This document shows positions 52,310 through 63,199 of a DNA stretch of 64,000 nt, in pieces (the stretch's first letter is position 1; each line of letters opens with the position of its first letter). The position numbers and the translations under genes were made by a program. The DNA lies in NCBI GenBank assembly GCA_038845975.1, contig JAWBQF010000001.1:32733-96732 (forward strand), in the 5' to 3' direction. This DNA comes from Candidatus Methanomethylicia archaeon. GTDB lineage: Archaea > Thermoproteota > Methanomethylicia > CALHIW01. Below the pieces are notes generated by a model. It worked only from the letters and a program-made list of their open reading frames with translations. It did no database searches and was not told where the DNA came from.

Positions 52310-52660
52310 AAGAGCGTAGGGAGAAAACTCCATTTATTATAGCTTTATGGCGCTTACACATATTTTAGTTTATCTAAATGGCTTAGGTATCCTAGCTTAT
52401 TATTATAGAATGTATCTATGTTATGGTTTAGGTTTTAGGCTATTCGAGTTTGATAGGAGAAATGGTTAAAATTGTTATAGTTAATGATACCATTATGAGT
52501 ATAAGCTCTAGGAAGAAGATTATGTATATTGCATTCTAGCCATTATTGATAGGATTCTCTACATATGGATTTGTGATTTTGCAATACATTTATATCTCTA
52601 CCATTAAAAAGATTAGAGCTGTTTATGGTTCTAGTATAATCGTTTATAGGTGATTACGCT
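52310..52660 (+). mobile_element. Partial, more decayed copy of IS6 family A
   Basis: Shares GGAGAAAACTCCATTTA and TTTGATAGGAG blocks with 63678-64000. Confidence 0.55.
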
Positions 52661-52719
52661 CACTACTATAGATAAATACTTAAATCTGTTAATCTAAACT
52701 TAACTAGTAGTGGAGTATC

Positions 52720-54048
52720 ATGAAGTTTGAAGTTGTTTTAATACTGATTCCACTATTACTAATACCTACACATATACATGTTGATAAGCAATCTCAGATA
52801 GTTGAATTCATATATTTTGAAAAGTTAACAATAGTGAATAATGGGAGTATTCCAGTAGCATTAGAGGATCACTATAGGTATTCTACTTTATTTATCAATA
52901 CGTCTAGCCAGGTATGTTTCCTTATAAACTCTACACCGTCAATAGTAAGATTTTTCAGGGATGAAGATGAAATGTTAAATATTGAGTTTAATATTACAAA
53001 AACTATAAAACCTTACAGTTACGTACAGATGAGTACCACACATAAGATAATAGTATTTAAAAATCCTAAACCACCTGAAAATCTTAATGTTAAAAATTCA
53101 GGCACACTAATGGATATACCGGGAAACTTAAGAAACTACACCACATCAGTTGGCGCATGGGCTTATAACAGTATTTGGATGACTTATCTTAGGGATAAGG
53201 CTTTTGAGCTAAAGGGAGATGATGAAAATGTTTTAAGCATAGTTTTAAAGTTTATAGATTGGATTGGTAGAAATGTAAAATATCCTGAGAAACCACTTGA
53301 GGGCCCACTATACCCAAATGAGACAATACCTAATGAAAAAATTCAGAAAGGCGATCTAGGTATTGGAGACTGTGATGACCAGGCAAGTCTTCTCATCACA
53401 CTATGTAGATCAGTAGGAATTCCAGCATATCTTCAATATGGATGTATCCATTTCAAAAATATGAAGTATTATGAAGACTTTATAAACGGACATATAAAAT
53501 ACCGCTACCACTATATTGGATGGCATGGATGGGCTATCATATATATTCCACCGTGGGGATGGCTACCAGTAGACTTAACATGGGGGTATCTTCTCACTAG
53601 GAATCCAATGGATGCAATAATGAGAGCAGCAGTATATCAATGCTGGGAAGTAGGAATACCAATATTCATACATGGAAACATCATAAATTCAGACCATGTA
53701 AAAATAAATAGGGAAATAAAAATGAAGATAGAAAATAGTTCTATATACATATACATTGACAACATCCTCATACCAGTAGATGAATCATTAAATATAGAAA
53801 TAGAAAAATTACCTAGAATACCACTAATTCAAGAAACCCATACAACAAATACCTATGAGTTCTATACAACTTCTAAGCTAGTAGAGTACAATAATACGAA
53901 ATCTACAGTCTCTAAGCCGGAAGAACAGATCAATACAATGATAATAGTAATACTTTCTATAGCTTTACTAGTATCTCTATACATAGTGTTAAGGAGAAAA
54001 CACTTGAATAGGAATGATTTACAACCAGTAATTAATTCTAAACCTTAA
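52720..54048 (+). CDS. Membrane-anchored transglutaminase-like (Cys-His-Asp) protein
   Basis: Signal peptide; GDCDDQA, HGWA and PVDLTW motifs; C-terminal TM followed by RRK. Confidence 0.85.
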   Translation: MKFEVVLILIPLLLIPTHIHVDKQSQIVEFIYFEKLTIVNNGSIPVALEDHYRYSTLFINTSSQVCFLINSTPSIVRFFRDEDEMLNIEFNITKTIKPYSYVQMSTTHKIIVFKNPKPPENLNVKNSGTLMDIPGNLRNYTTSVGAWAYNSIWMTYLRDKAFELKGDDENVLSIVLKFIDWIGRNVKYPEKPLEGPLYPNETIPNEKIQKGDLGIGDCDDQASLLITLCRSVGIPAYLQYGCIHFKNMKYYEDFINGHIKYRYHYIGWHGWAIIYIPPWGWLPVDLTWGYLLTRNPMDAIMRAAVYQCWEVGIPIFIHGNIINSDHVKINREIKMKIENSSIYIYIDNILIPVDESLNIEIEKLPRIPLIQETHTTNTYEFYTTSKLVEYNNTKSTVSKPEEQINTMIIVILSIALLVSLYIVLRRKHLNRNDLQPVINSKP

Positions 54049-54397
54049 AATTAAGACTTAATGAAAAATACATGGGAATTATATGTATACTCGAGCTTAC
54101 GAGGTAGCTTGTCTAAGGTACTTTATAAAGATGACTACACATGATATTCCATGCGCCAAAATAAACTTGTTTCAAGAGAGATAGAATAGCTATGAAACAC
54201 CGAATACACTATCCACCATAGTAGTGAAGAAACTGAAGACTTAAATCAATAAGGGAATAGATAGTCATAAAGCTGAATATCTAGTAATGGTTTCATGAAA
54301 ACTCTTTGGAAATGTACTGATTAATTGTTTAAGTTCATAATACATCATGAATAAGAGTTAAATTTAAAAGAGGAAACGCTACATTTTCTAGATTAAA

Positions 54398-54640
54398 ATG
54401 GCTGTAGCCTATGTTTTAATCAATGTTGAAAGTGGAAGTGAAGACGAAATTTTAGATAGGCTTGTAACTGTTGATGAAGTGAAGGAAGTATACTTTGTCT
54501 ATGGAGTTTACGATATAATCGTAAAGGTTGTTGCAGAAAACATCGATAAAATTAGGGAAATCATAACTTGGAAAATTAGAAGGCTTGAAAAAGTAAAATC
54601 AACGGTAACTATGATAGCAATAAAAGAAGCTATAAAGTAA
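54398..54640 (+). CDS. Stand-alone Lrp/AsnC ligand-binding (RAM) domain protein
   Basis: AYVLIN..VYGVYDIIVKV..V..TVTMI; no HTH. Confidence 0.88.
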   Translation: MAVAYVLINVESGSEDEILDRLVTVDEVKEVYFVYGVYDIIVKVVAENIDKIREIITWKIRRLEKVKSTVTMIAIKEAIK

Positions 54641-54656
54641 TATTATACATTAAACT

Positions 54657-56279
54657 CTAACTGTAGCCTCTAGCAAACTCAACCTCAATTGCAACACCAT
54701 ACCTACTCTCTAATCTTCTAAGTTTACTTAGTCTTTTCTGAAACTCTCTTGAAAAATCTCTTGGAACAATTACTTTTAAACACTTATCTCCTACCTGGAT
54801 TTCAGCCTCTGGTAGTAGCTTTTCAATTTCTCTTTCAATCTTTAATTTAGATCCCTTACCTCTAAGCCTCTTAATAGGAATTACTACTGTTTCCTCACCG
54901 AAGGTATAGATTTCGTATTCAAGCTCTCCGGTTATGAAGTCTCTAACTTCTATTACTGGCCTTGCTAAGTCAGCCTCCTGAAGACCTGTTGGAAGCTTTA
55001 CAGTCATTTTCAACTCATATACTTTAGCTACTTCACCACAATCTATAAAGATTAGAGTATCTATTATGCTCGGAATCATTCCAAGCTCAACCCTACCAAT
55101 AAATCTCTGTATTGCATCTATTGGAGATGTTGCATGAACAACCCCAACCATACCAATACCTGCAAGCCTCAAGTCAGTATAGAGCCTAAAGTCTTCATCA
55201 TTCCTCATCTCATCAAAAAACGTATAATCAGGTCTACTTAAAAGAAGAATATCATGAAGCTCCTCATTACTAGCATATGTTTTAGAGTATTGTGTTACAC
55301 TTTCTGGAAGCTGCATATCTCTCGGAGACTCTATAGTTTTAACAATTTTATTTTTAGATGCATAGAACTCTGCAAGAGCCTGAGCAAATGTTGTTTTACC
55401 CATTCCAGGAGCACCTGCAATAAGTATTCCTTCAGCTTTCTCTTCAAGCCTCTCCATAAGCCTATCAGGTAAGCCATAATCATTAAGATTTAATTTGACA
55501 ATCGGTTTAACAGCAGTTATCTCCCATCCATCAGACATTGGAGGCCTAGTAATAATCACTCTATAACCTCCAATCTGTATAATCGTTGAGCCTGCTCTAT
55601 CAATTTCTATAAAACCATTTGGAACACTTTTAGCAACCTCAATGATTTCATTAGCTAGAGACTCAATATCGCTTCTCGTTAATAGCTTATCGCTTAACTC
55701 AGTAAAGTACCATTTACCTGGACGGCCCTTCTTAGCTCTTGGAGGTACTCCCTCCTTCAAGTGGATACTCATAGTTTCACTATCGAAGAAGCCCTGAATT
55801 CCAAACTTAAGCTCTCTCTTAGGCGGTATGTAGAGAACTTTTAAGCCCATAGCTTTAGCAACCTCAGCCTGAGTTCTATCACCAGTAACAAGAATTGCAG
55901 TATTCTCCCATGCATAATCCCTAATCATTGCATCTATAGTACCATACTTAGCATATTGTATATCTATAGGTCTAGGACGATCACCAACAATTTCGAATTC
56001 TATAACTCCTTTATCAGCTAAATCACGTATTCTTTTAATCTCCTCAAGACCAACAAACCCTGTAACCTTCCCTTGATTAGCTTGTCCTTCAAGCTCTGAA
56101 AGAATAGCCCTATGAAGAGCTACTTTACCTTTAATTTCACCATTCATAATAAGTTTTGAAACTATACCCTCCACTACTACACTAGTATCTGGAACATATA
56201 CTTCTACTTCTCCATACTCATAGTCTTCCAATACCATACACCAGATTAGATTAATGATATGTACAGAGTATTTAAACAT
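54657..56279 (-). CDS. PINA: PIN domain plus PilT-like ATPase and KH domain
   Basis: VPDTSVV, GAPGMGKTTFAQA, RPDYTFFDEMR and RVELGMIP motifs; start probably near 56238. Confidence 0.92.
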   Translation of the reverse strand: MFKYSVHIINLIWCMVLEDYEYGEVEVYVPDTSVVVEGIVSKLIMNGEIKGKVALHRAILSELEGQANQGKVTGFVGLEEIKRIRDLADKGVIEFEIVGDRPRPIDIQYAKYGTIDAMIRDYAWENTAILVTGDRTQAEVAKAMGLKVLYIPPKRELKFGIQGFFDSETMSIHLKEGVPPRAKKGRPGKWYFTELSDKLLTRSDIESLANEIIEVAKSVPNGFIEIDRAGSTIIQIGGYRVIITRPPMSDGWEITAVKPIVKLNLNDYGLPDRLMERLEEKAEGILIAGAPGMGKTTFAQALAEFYASKNKIVKTIESPRDMQLPESVTQYSKTYASNEELHDILLLSRPDYTFFDEMRNDEDFRLYTDLRLAGIGMVGVVHATSPIDAIQRFIGRVELGMIPSIIDTLIFIDCGEVAKVYELKMTVKLPTGLQEADLARPVIEVRDFITGELEYEIYTFGEETVVIPIKRLRGKGSKLKIEREIEKLLPEAEIQVGDKCLKVIVPRDFSREFQKRLSKLRRLESRYGVAIEVEFARGYS

Positions 56280-56294
56280 TTTGTTATAATAGAG

Positions 56295-56963
56295 GACTTT
56301 GTTAACCTTAGCTTTATTTAGGGTTTTTCTCCTTATTTATGGTGCTTATACGTTTTCGTTCATTTAGAATGGGCTTCGGATATCTAGTTTTATTGTTACT
56401 AGAAGTTATGCATCTATATTATGGTTTAGATCTTTAAGCTATTTGAATTTGATAGAATGATTAGATTTTATAGTTGATAATACTCCTATAATTATAGTTT
56501 CTATGAAGGAGATTATTTACGTTGCTTTTGAGCAGTTATTGAGCAGTATTGAACTATTTATGGTTCTAATATAATTGTATTAAGTAACGTAGCTCAATAC
56601 TATAAACATCATGTAGAATATTGAATTTAAACATGATATAGTTTATAAGTTAGAAATCTAATGGAGAAAATAATCAGTATATTAAACAGAACTAAGCTAT
56701 TCAATGAGCTTGTCTGAAAACTCCATAATTAATTGATGGTTAACTTATAACCTAATTAAGTCTTAACAACATTCAAGAGTTTTCAGACGAATTCAATAAT
56801 TACATACTATGTAGGAGAATAAATGTGATAATGAACATGTATTAATGCTTCACAATCATTAATACAATAGTATAGCTAACAAATATGGATTAATAAGAAG
56901 GTAAAGCTAAGAATTCATAGAAACAAAATAGAGATAATAAAACATGTTTAAGTTAATAGAGCC
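56295..56963 (+). mobile_element. Decayed IS6-family element (family A) with a nested MITE
   Basis: TIRs GACTTTGTTAACCTTAGC / TTTAAGTTAATAGAGCC; perfect TSD TAATAGAG. Confidence 0.82.
56706..56794. mobile_element. About 90-bp MITE (copy 2) nested in the IS6 remnant
   Basis: GAGCTTGTCTGAAAACTC / GAGTTTTCAGACGAATTC; TSD AAT. Confidence 0.8.
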
Positions 56964-57238
56964 TAATAGAGTGACTTATGAAACTAGGTATGTTTTATCA
57001 CTTCTATATTGTTTTTCTATGAATTCTTAGCTTTTATCCTCCTATCAATTCATGTTTTGTTTGGTATGAATACACACTCACCATTACATTTCTTCTTCAT
57101 GTATAGTATATGATTTAAGTCCTGGTTTCATTGCTTTGCTAACCTAAACCATTAACTACATATACTTTTCATATTTAATGTTCACATAGTTAATTTCATT
57201 TAAGGTAGGTTTATAAGGATTAATTTCCTAGTAGGTAA

Positions 57239-58429
57239 TTGATGACTTCAAGACTTATAATATATACTGGTAAGGGAGGTGTAGGAAAATCTGTTATTTC
57301 CTCAGCTACAGGTTTAAGGCTTGCAGAGCTAGGTTATAGTGTTCTCGTAATGTCTAGTGATCCAGCTCACTCTTTAAGGGATGCATTTAATAAATCTATA
57401 GGAACTGAGCCTACGAAGATTTTAGGTAAATTGTATGCTTTACAAATCGATCCAGTATGTGAAGTTAGAAAGCATTTCTCAGATATACAGAATTATTTTA
57501 CAAAAGTATTGCTTAAAAGAGGAATAGATGAAGCAGTAGCGTATGAAGCTGCATTTATCCCAGGAGCTACAGCTATAGCTACACTTCTTGAAGCTGAAAA
57601 GCTTATTAGTGAGGGAAGCTATGATGCTATTATTGTTGATACTGTTCCATCAGGTGAAGCATTAAGACTACTAAACTTTCCGCAAGTTATTGGAAGACTT
57701 AGTAGGAAACTCATGAAAACAGCTAGCAGTATAGTATCAGTTGCTAGAGTAGCTGAACCACTATTAGGATTGCCAGTACCAGATAAGAATGTTGTAGAAA
57801 GCGAACTTAAACTTATTGAATCGCTTGAGAGAGTATCAAACATCTTAAGGAGATATGATATAACAAGTTTAAGGTTAATAGCAAATCCAGATTCATTCAG
57901 TATAGAAAACCTAAAGAGAAGCCTACTTCAAGCATGCATATATGGTATGAATACAGACTTAACAATAATAAATAAGATATTTCCTGAGGAAATTAATGAT
58001 GAGTACTTCAATGAATGGAAAAAGACACAGAATGAAATGATAGATGAAGTTGAAAGAGCAGTATACCCAATACCTGTGAAAAAGCTAAAACTATACAATA
58101 AAGAGCTAAGAGGACTAGATATGTTAAGGAAATGTGCTGAAGACCTATTTAAAGATGAGGATCCGGCAAAAATATACTTTAAGGGCAAACCAATAGAAAT
58201 ATTAGAGCATACTAATGGATTAACAATACAGGTAAGTGTACCATTTACTTCAAAGGATAAAATTGAAGTTGAAAGAATTGGAGATGAATTAACAGTAAAG
58301 ATAAATGCTGAAACAGGGGAACTAATAAATATTATACCATTACCTGCTGCAACATACTACATGAAACTTAGTAAAGCAAAACTTGAAGAGAACCGTTTAA
58401 TAATAGACTTCATAAGAGAACATAGCTAA
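57239..58429 (+). CDS. ArsA/Get3-family ATPase with C-terminal HSP20-like domain
   Basis: GKGGVGKS, SSDPAHSL and DTVPSG motifs; beta-rich tail VPF.SK..IEVER.GDEL.V..AKLEENRL.IDF. Confidence 0.88.
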   Translation: MMTSRLIIYTGKGGVGKSVISSATGLRLAELGYSVLVMSSDPAHSLRDAFNKSIGTEPTKILGKLYALQIDPVCEVRKHFSDIQNYFTKVLLKRGIDEAVAYEAAFIPGATAIATLLEAEKLISEGSYDAIIVDTVPSGEALRLLNFPQVIGRLSRKLMKTASSIVSVARVAEPLLGLPVPDKNVVESELKLIESLERVSNILRRYDITSLRLIANPDSFSIENLKRSLLQACIYGMNTDLTIINKIFPEEINDEYFNEWKKTQNEMIDEVERAVYPIPVKKLKLYNKELRGLDMLRKCAEDLFKDEDPAKIYFKGKPIEILEHTNGLTIQVSVPFTSKDKIEVERIGDELTVKINAETGELINIIPLPAATYYMKLSKAKLEENRLIIDFIREHS

Positions 58430-58627
58430 CAATACAGCTCCTACAACATAGAACTAGCTGCTCTACGCCATAACCACACCTTACATCTTGGAGTTACGAT
58501 TTAAACTCTTAGTAACTATTAAGCTCCACAAGTTTTAGATGTGAAGGTATATGTAGTTAATGACTTGAAATAGTAAGGTATAAGTATTGATCAATACCTT
58601 TATAAACTAGATTCAACTTATACCTAT

Positions 58628-58885
58628 ATGGATGAGTCGATTGACGATTTAATTAAGGATATGAAAAGGATCATTACGAGAATAATGTTAAATCCTGAAG
58701 CTATACTACTATTAATATCTCCCAATAATCTAAGAGAGCCATACGAACATTTACTAAATGCAAAAATAGAGTTTTTAAAAGCTATTAGAAGCATTATTGA
58801 TGAAAGAATTTCAAGCCTTGAAAAAATAGTAGAAGAGAATAGAAGAAAACTCGAATCTAAAAGAGAAACAGTAAAAGTTGAATGA
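58628..58885 (+). CDS. Small coiled-coil protein downstream of the ArsA-family ATPase
   Basis: HLLNAKIEFLKAIRSIIDERI helix; own TATA at 58599. Confidence 0.7.
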   Translation: MDESIDDLIKDMKRIITRIMLNPEAILLLISPNNLREPYEHLLNAKIEFLKAIRSIIDERISSLEKIVEENRRKLESKRETVKVE

Positions 58886-59219
58886 CTAACAGTTAACTGC
58901 TTAATAGCATTATTATTTAATGGCTTTTACGAAGTTTACCTACTAAAATCTACAATAAGCTTTAACAAACTATTAACCTTGCAGAAATATTTCCTTTACT
59001 GTTACGTTTATAAGTAACCATGTTAGATTGATTAAAGCTTCTTACATATGAAACATACATTCCTCTTGTTTAAGTGAGTATTAGCAATTATAGTTTATCT
59101 TTTTACTAAAGAATGATCAATAAAAGACTATTATAAAGAATTTATTGAAATAAATATTAGGCAGCTTCATAATTGGAAAGTTCATTAAGATTTATATAGA
59201 AGCTATTCAAGATGATATT

Positions 59220-59471
59220 ATGTTAAGTAGTAGCTTAGTTAGTATTGGTTGGCTTATGGTAATGATTGGAATTATATTTATATTTATAGCTGTAGTATTA
59301 ATGATTGTAGGCTCCATGAAGGGAACGGGGAAAATTCATGGTGGGGGAGCAGTACTAATTGGGCCTATACCAATAGTTTTTGGAACTAGTAGAGAAATTT
59401 TTAAGATAATGCTTATTTTAGCTATAGCAACTGTAACTATTATCTTAATATTTACATTTCTTACAGTGTGA
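59220..59471 (+). CDS. DUF131 (TIGR00304) membrane protein
   Basis: GGGAVLIGPIPIVFGT between two TMs. Confidence 0.88.
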   Translation: MLSSSLVSIGWLMVMIGIIFIFIAVVLMIVGSMKGTGKIHGGGAVLIGPIPIVFGTSREIFKIMLILAIATVTIILIFTFLTV

Positions 59472-59477
59472 TAGATT

Positions 59478-59870
59478 ATGGCTCTATGTGAAATTTGTGG
59501 AGTAAAAAGCTCAAGATATGTTTGTCAAAAATGCGGAAGAAGAATATGTGAATCCTGCGTTAACATCTATAGCTGGATTTGTAGTGAATGCTATAGTAAA
59601 ACTGAACCGCAGATAATCGAGGAACATAAAGGCATAGAGTTACCGGTAAAGCTCTTCATTATAGGGTTCGTAACGATATTTATAGGTATGATGCTAATAG
59701 CTTTCGGCTCTTTAATATTAGGTGCTAAAGTTAGTGGGGGGATAGTAATATTTCCATTTATACCAGTACCCATAGTATTTGGCTTTGGATCTGAAGCTAT
59801 TTTAATGATTATTATTGCTATGCTATTGATATTAATGATTATAACCATAATTAAAACTATTAAGTTTTAG
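59478..59870 (+). CDS. Zn-finger plus DUF131-like membrane protein
   Basis: Four CxxC pairs followed by TM-GGIVIFPFIPVPIVFG-TM. Confidence 0.75.
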   Translation: MALCEICGVKSSRYVCQKCGRRICESCVNIYSWICSECYSKTEPQIIEEHKGIELPVKLFIIGFVTIFIGMMLIAFGSLILGAKVSGGIVIFPFIPVPIVFGFGSEAILMIIIAMLLILMIITIIKTIKF

Positions 59871-61101
59871 CACTTGAATAATTTACTTTAAGTAGCTGCT
59901 TTATTACTTTGCTTACCTCCTTAGACTTAACGCTAGTAATAGATTCTGTATATTTAGCCACTACGTTGGGGTCTTTTAATCCATGACCTGTAGCTATACA
60001 TACTGTAAGATCATTTCTATCTATAATCTTCTCTTCTAAGAGCTTTCTTAATCCTGCTATTGATGCTGCTGAGGCAGGCTCAACAAATATTCCCTCAAGT
60101 CTTGCTAGAAGTTTTTGAGCTTCAAGTATTTCCGTATCTGAAACAGATATAGCATAACCCTTTGAAGAGTATATAGCATTTAAAGCTTTCTTCCAGTTTA
60201 CTGGATTACCAATCCTTATTGCTGTTGCAATTGTTTCAGGGTTTTCTATGGGCTCTAGATGTTTTAAACCGTCTCTAAAAGCATTGACAATTGGTGAAGC
60301 TCCCTCAGCCTGTACTCCAATCATTCTGGGAATACTTTCCGTTAATTTATATTGTTTAAGTTCTACAAATCCTTTAAATATTGCACTTATATTTCCAGCA
60401 TTACCTACAGGAACCACAACAACATCAGGTACAGATCCAAGCTGATCATATATTTCGTAGGCTATTGTCTTCTGGCCTTCAAGCCTAAATGGATTTATAG
60501 AGTTAAGAATATATAATCTATGTTTCTCAGCCACTTTCCTCACTATACTTAAAGCTTCATCAAAACTGCCATTAACAGATATAATATTAGCTCCATAAAT
60601 AATTGCTTGAGAAAGCTTTCCAAGAGCAACCTTACCATGAGGCAATATGACAAAACATTTTAATCCAGCTCTAGCAGCATAAGCTGCAAGAGAAGCAGAA
60701 GTATTTCCTGTAGATGCACATATAACTGCGAATGCTCCATGCTCAATAGCTTTAGATATACCAACAGTCATCCCCCTATCCTTGAAGGAACCGGTAGGAT
60801 TACCACCCTCATTCTTAACATATAGTTCACGTAAACCAAAATACTCTCTAATTTTACCACAACGATATAGTATAGTTCCACCTTCACCAAGAGATACTAT
60901 GTTAGCTATACTGTTAATAGGTAGAAGCTCAAAATATCTCCAAACACCAATTCTCCTACTCATCCATCTACTACAAAGATCGCTTGGAGGGTTTAAATAC
61001 AGAACATCAAGCAATCCCCCACAATCACATAGAATCCTATCATCATCATATATTGAGCTGCATTCAATACACTTAAGCCTATACTTAACCATAAACAACA
61101 C
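59860..61101 (-). CDS. thrC: Threonine synthase
   Basis: NPTGSFKDRG (PLP Lys intact), ASTGNTS, NSINPFRLEGQKT, PVGNAGN and TGHGLKDP motifs. Confidence 0.93.
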   Translation of the reverse strand: MLFMVKYRLKCIECSSIYDDDRILCDCGGLLDVLYLNPPSDLCSRWMSRRIGVWRYFELLPINSIANIVSLGEGGTILYRCGKIREYFGLRELYVKNEGGNPTGSFKDRGMTVGISKAIEHGAFAVICASTGNTSASLAAYAARAGLKCFVILPHGKVALGKLSQAIIYGANIISVNGSFDEALSIVRKVAEKHRLYILNSINPFRLEGQKTIAYEIYDQLGSVPDVVVVPVGNAGNISAIFKGFVELKQYKLTESIPRMIGVQAEGASPIVNAFRDGLKHLEPIENPETIATAIRIGNPVNWKKALNAIYSSKGYAISVSDTEILEAQKLLARLEGIFVEPASAASIAGLRKLLEEKIIDRNDLTVCIATGHGLKDPNVVAKYTESITSVKSKEVSKVIKQLLKVNYSSAKT

Positions 61102-61231
61102 CTATAAACATTAAGACAAAATTACCATAGAAGATTAGGAAATACATGTTCAAAACTAAATCGTTTGGCTCATATATACACCGATTAAAATCTATAAATT
61201 TAAAGTATTTAAACATTTCGTGAACTATAAA

Positions 61232-61628
61232 GGCTTTGTTAACTTAAGTCATCGGCTGTATATTATCTAGATTTATAGGTTTTCTATGTGTTCTTATTAA
61301 TTTATGAGGTTTCTATGTATTCATATTTATTCTATTAGCTTAGGTGGTGGTGGGTAAGGTTTAGCTATTGATTATGGCTATGAATATGTGATTCATGGAT
61401 TTCAGGGTTATCATAATCTATTAATTAGGGGTTTATGGTGATGAATATAATAGGTTATTTAATGAATCTGTGTTGCATTGAGAGTAGGATAATCTAATAC
61501 CATCATCACCTCATATAGTTTTGCATACTTAAAATTTTGCATACTTAAAATATTAAAGATACATTAACGGTTATTACTGATGATTTAATTATTAAAAAGA
61601 TGATAAACATGCTTAAGTTAACAAAGTC
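61232..61628. mobile_element. Non-autonomous element with family-A TIRs and a different interior
   Basis: GGCTTTGTTAACTTAAG / CTTAAGTTAACAAAGTC; TSD ACTATAAA/ACTGTAAA; interior resembles the reverse complement of about 39790-39900. Confidence 0.75.
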
Positions 61629-62111
61629 ACTGTAAACATACCCAGAGAATGCTTGACAGTTGACCTTTAGATATGGGCTAGTTCCCCTTAAAGCTTTTAC
61701 TAGATATAACCGTGATAGATAGTATAGATCAGTAGATATATGTCTAGTAGAGTATACCTGTAAGCTTAACCAGTTAATCATCAATAAATCAATACTCTTC
61801 ATAAACCGTTAACATTGTTTAAATCATACATAACTAGTAGTAGCTATATATTGCGATCTAATTTAATGTAGTTCGAAGCTTTACGCTTTTGCTATCTTTG
61901 GCTTATCTAAGCTCTATCATTTAAGTTAACAGTTAAATTCCTTAAGGATTCCGGAGGAAATTCTGAAAATTTTCAAAATTATAAATTCAGCATAACAGTA
62001 GGAAATCTAAGCTACATGAAATCTAATATATAGAATTTCATGAACTAATAAGACAATCTAGTATCAGCATAAGATTTAAATAAAATGTCCCTAAAACTTT
62101 TTGGTGAAGTT

Positions 62112-62336
62112 ATGTCTAAGAAAACTAGAGATCTAGGAAAAATTCCACCACATAGACACTGTATCTGGTGTGGAAGAGCTGTTGATGAAGATAAAAAATT
62201 TTGCTCTAATAAGTGCGAAGACGAGTACGGTAAAGCTGAGAGGAGACGTAAAAGATCATTTATAATATACATGATAGTATTAATGGCTATGTTTCTCATA
62301 TGGTTTCTACTCATAGCTGGAAGACATTCCCCCTAA
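62112..62336 (+). CDS. DUF2116-family Zn-ribbon protein with a C-terminal TM
   Basis: PPHRHCIWCG..FCSNKC motif; ATG at 62112 after GGTGA. Confidence 0.85.
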   Translation: MSKKTRDLGKIPPHRHCIWCGRAVDEDKKFCSNKCEDEYGKAERRRKRSFIIYMIVLMAMFLIWFLLIAGRHSP

Positions 62337-62485
62337 AATCTCAATATAGCACTACGCATTAGTAAGGCAATCTAGTTTTAATTTAAGTGAGAAAGCACTA
62401 CTAAATATTTCCTAAAACTATTTAATGGATAAAACATGAATATAAGGTTGATAAAGGTTGATATAAGTATAAATAGTCAATTTAA

Positions 62486-63172
62486 GATGCTGTTACTTTT
62501 AGGTTTATGTTATTGCTGGTGGTTTTCCTAGTGTTTGATGAGGTCTTATCCAGTTATACCAGAGTATGAAGAAGTTTAGGAATAGGTTGATCTTTATGAG
62601 TTTCTTGTCTGAAGTTGTGTAGAATCTTTGTTCAATCCTTAAGTGTTCGAAACCATCTCTCTATCGTATTCCTAGCGAAGGTTTGATGCCTCCATCTTAG
62701 ACCATGGTTATACAATGCCTAATACCATGACCCCTACTAGGATTAGAGGCTTATTAATGCATTCAGAACTTGCTTCAGGAAGCTCCGTATCTAGAATGCT
62801 TCGTTGCCATGAGGTCCTTATTGCTAGGAGCTCTTGGTCTTAACTCTATTGCAGCCCATAATAGAAATGATGTCTCCTCAGCTTCATCTCATCAATAGCT
62901 ACCATCCCTCTATTGGATTCACATCAATCCCTACGCTTTCAATCCTCTGAACCCAACACCATACCGATACATGGCTCACATCAACAACCGACAAACGTAG
63001 CAATATCCCTATAGCTAAAGCCATGTAGAGAATACATGCCCTCAACTTCTTTTAAGCGAAACCTTATCTGAAAACTCCTTTATCTCTTAGGGCTTTGAGA
63101 AGCTTATCTATTAAAATCACCTCCAAAGAATAACTTCTTAAAGCCCCTCAAAAATCTAAAAGTAACAGTATC
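62486..63172 (-). mobile_element. IS6-family element (family B) with pseudogenised transposase
   Basis: TIRs GATGCTGTTACTTTTAG / CTAAAAGTAACAGTATC; perfect TSD CAATTTAA; fragments DVSHVSVWCWVQR, VAIDE, LWAAI and RNTIERWFRTLK. Confidence 0.88.
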
Positions 63173-63199
63173 CAATTTAAGAAAACAGTACCTATTAAG

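Noticed and set aside
62912-62936. SVGIDVN on the minus strand resembling TnpB RuvC-I
   Set aside because: It lies inside the IS6 transposase remnant between the HTH and the first catalytic Asp, with no other TnpB motifs
63063-63077. CTTATCTGAAAACTC resembling the 90-bp MITE TIR
   Set aside because: No partner TIR; it falls within the IS6 coding remnant
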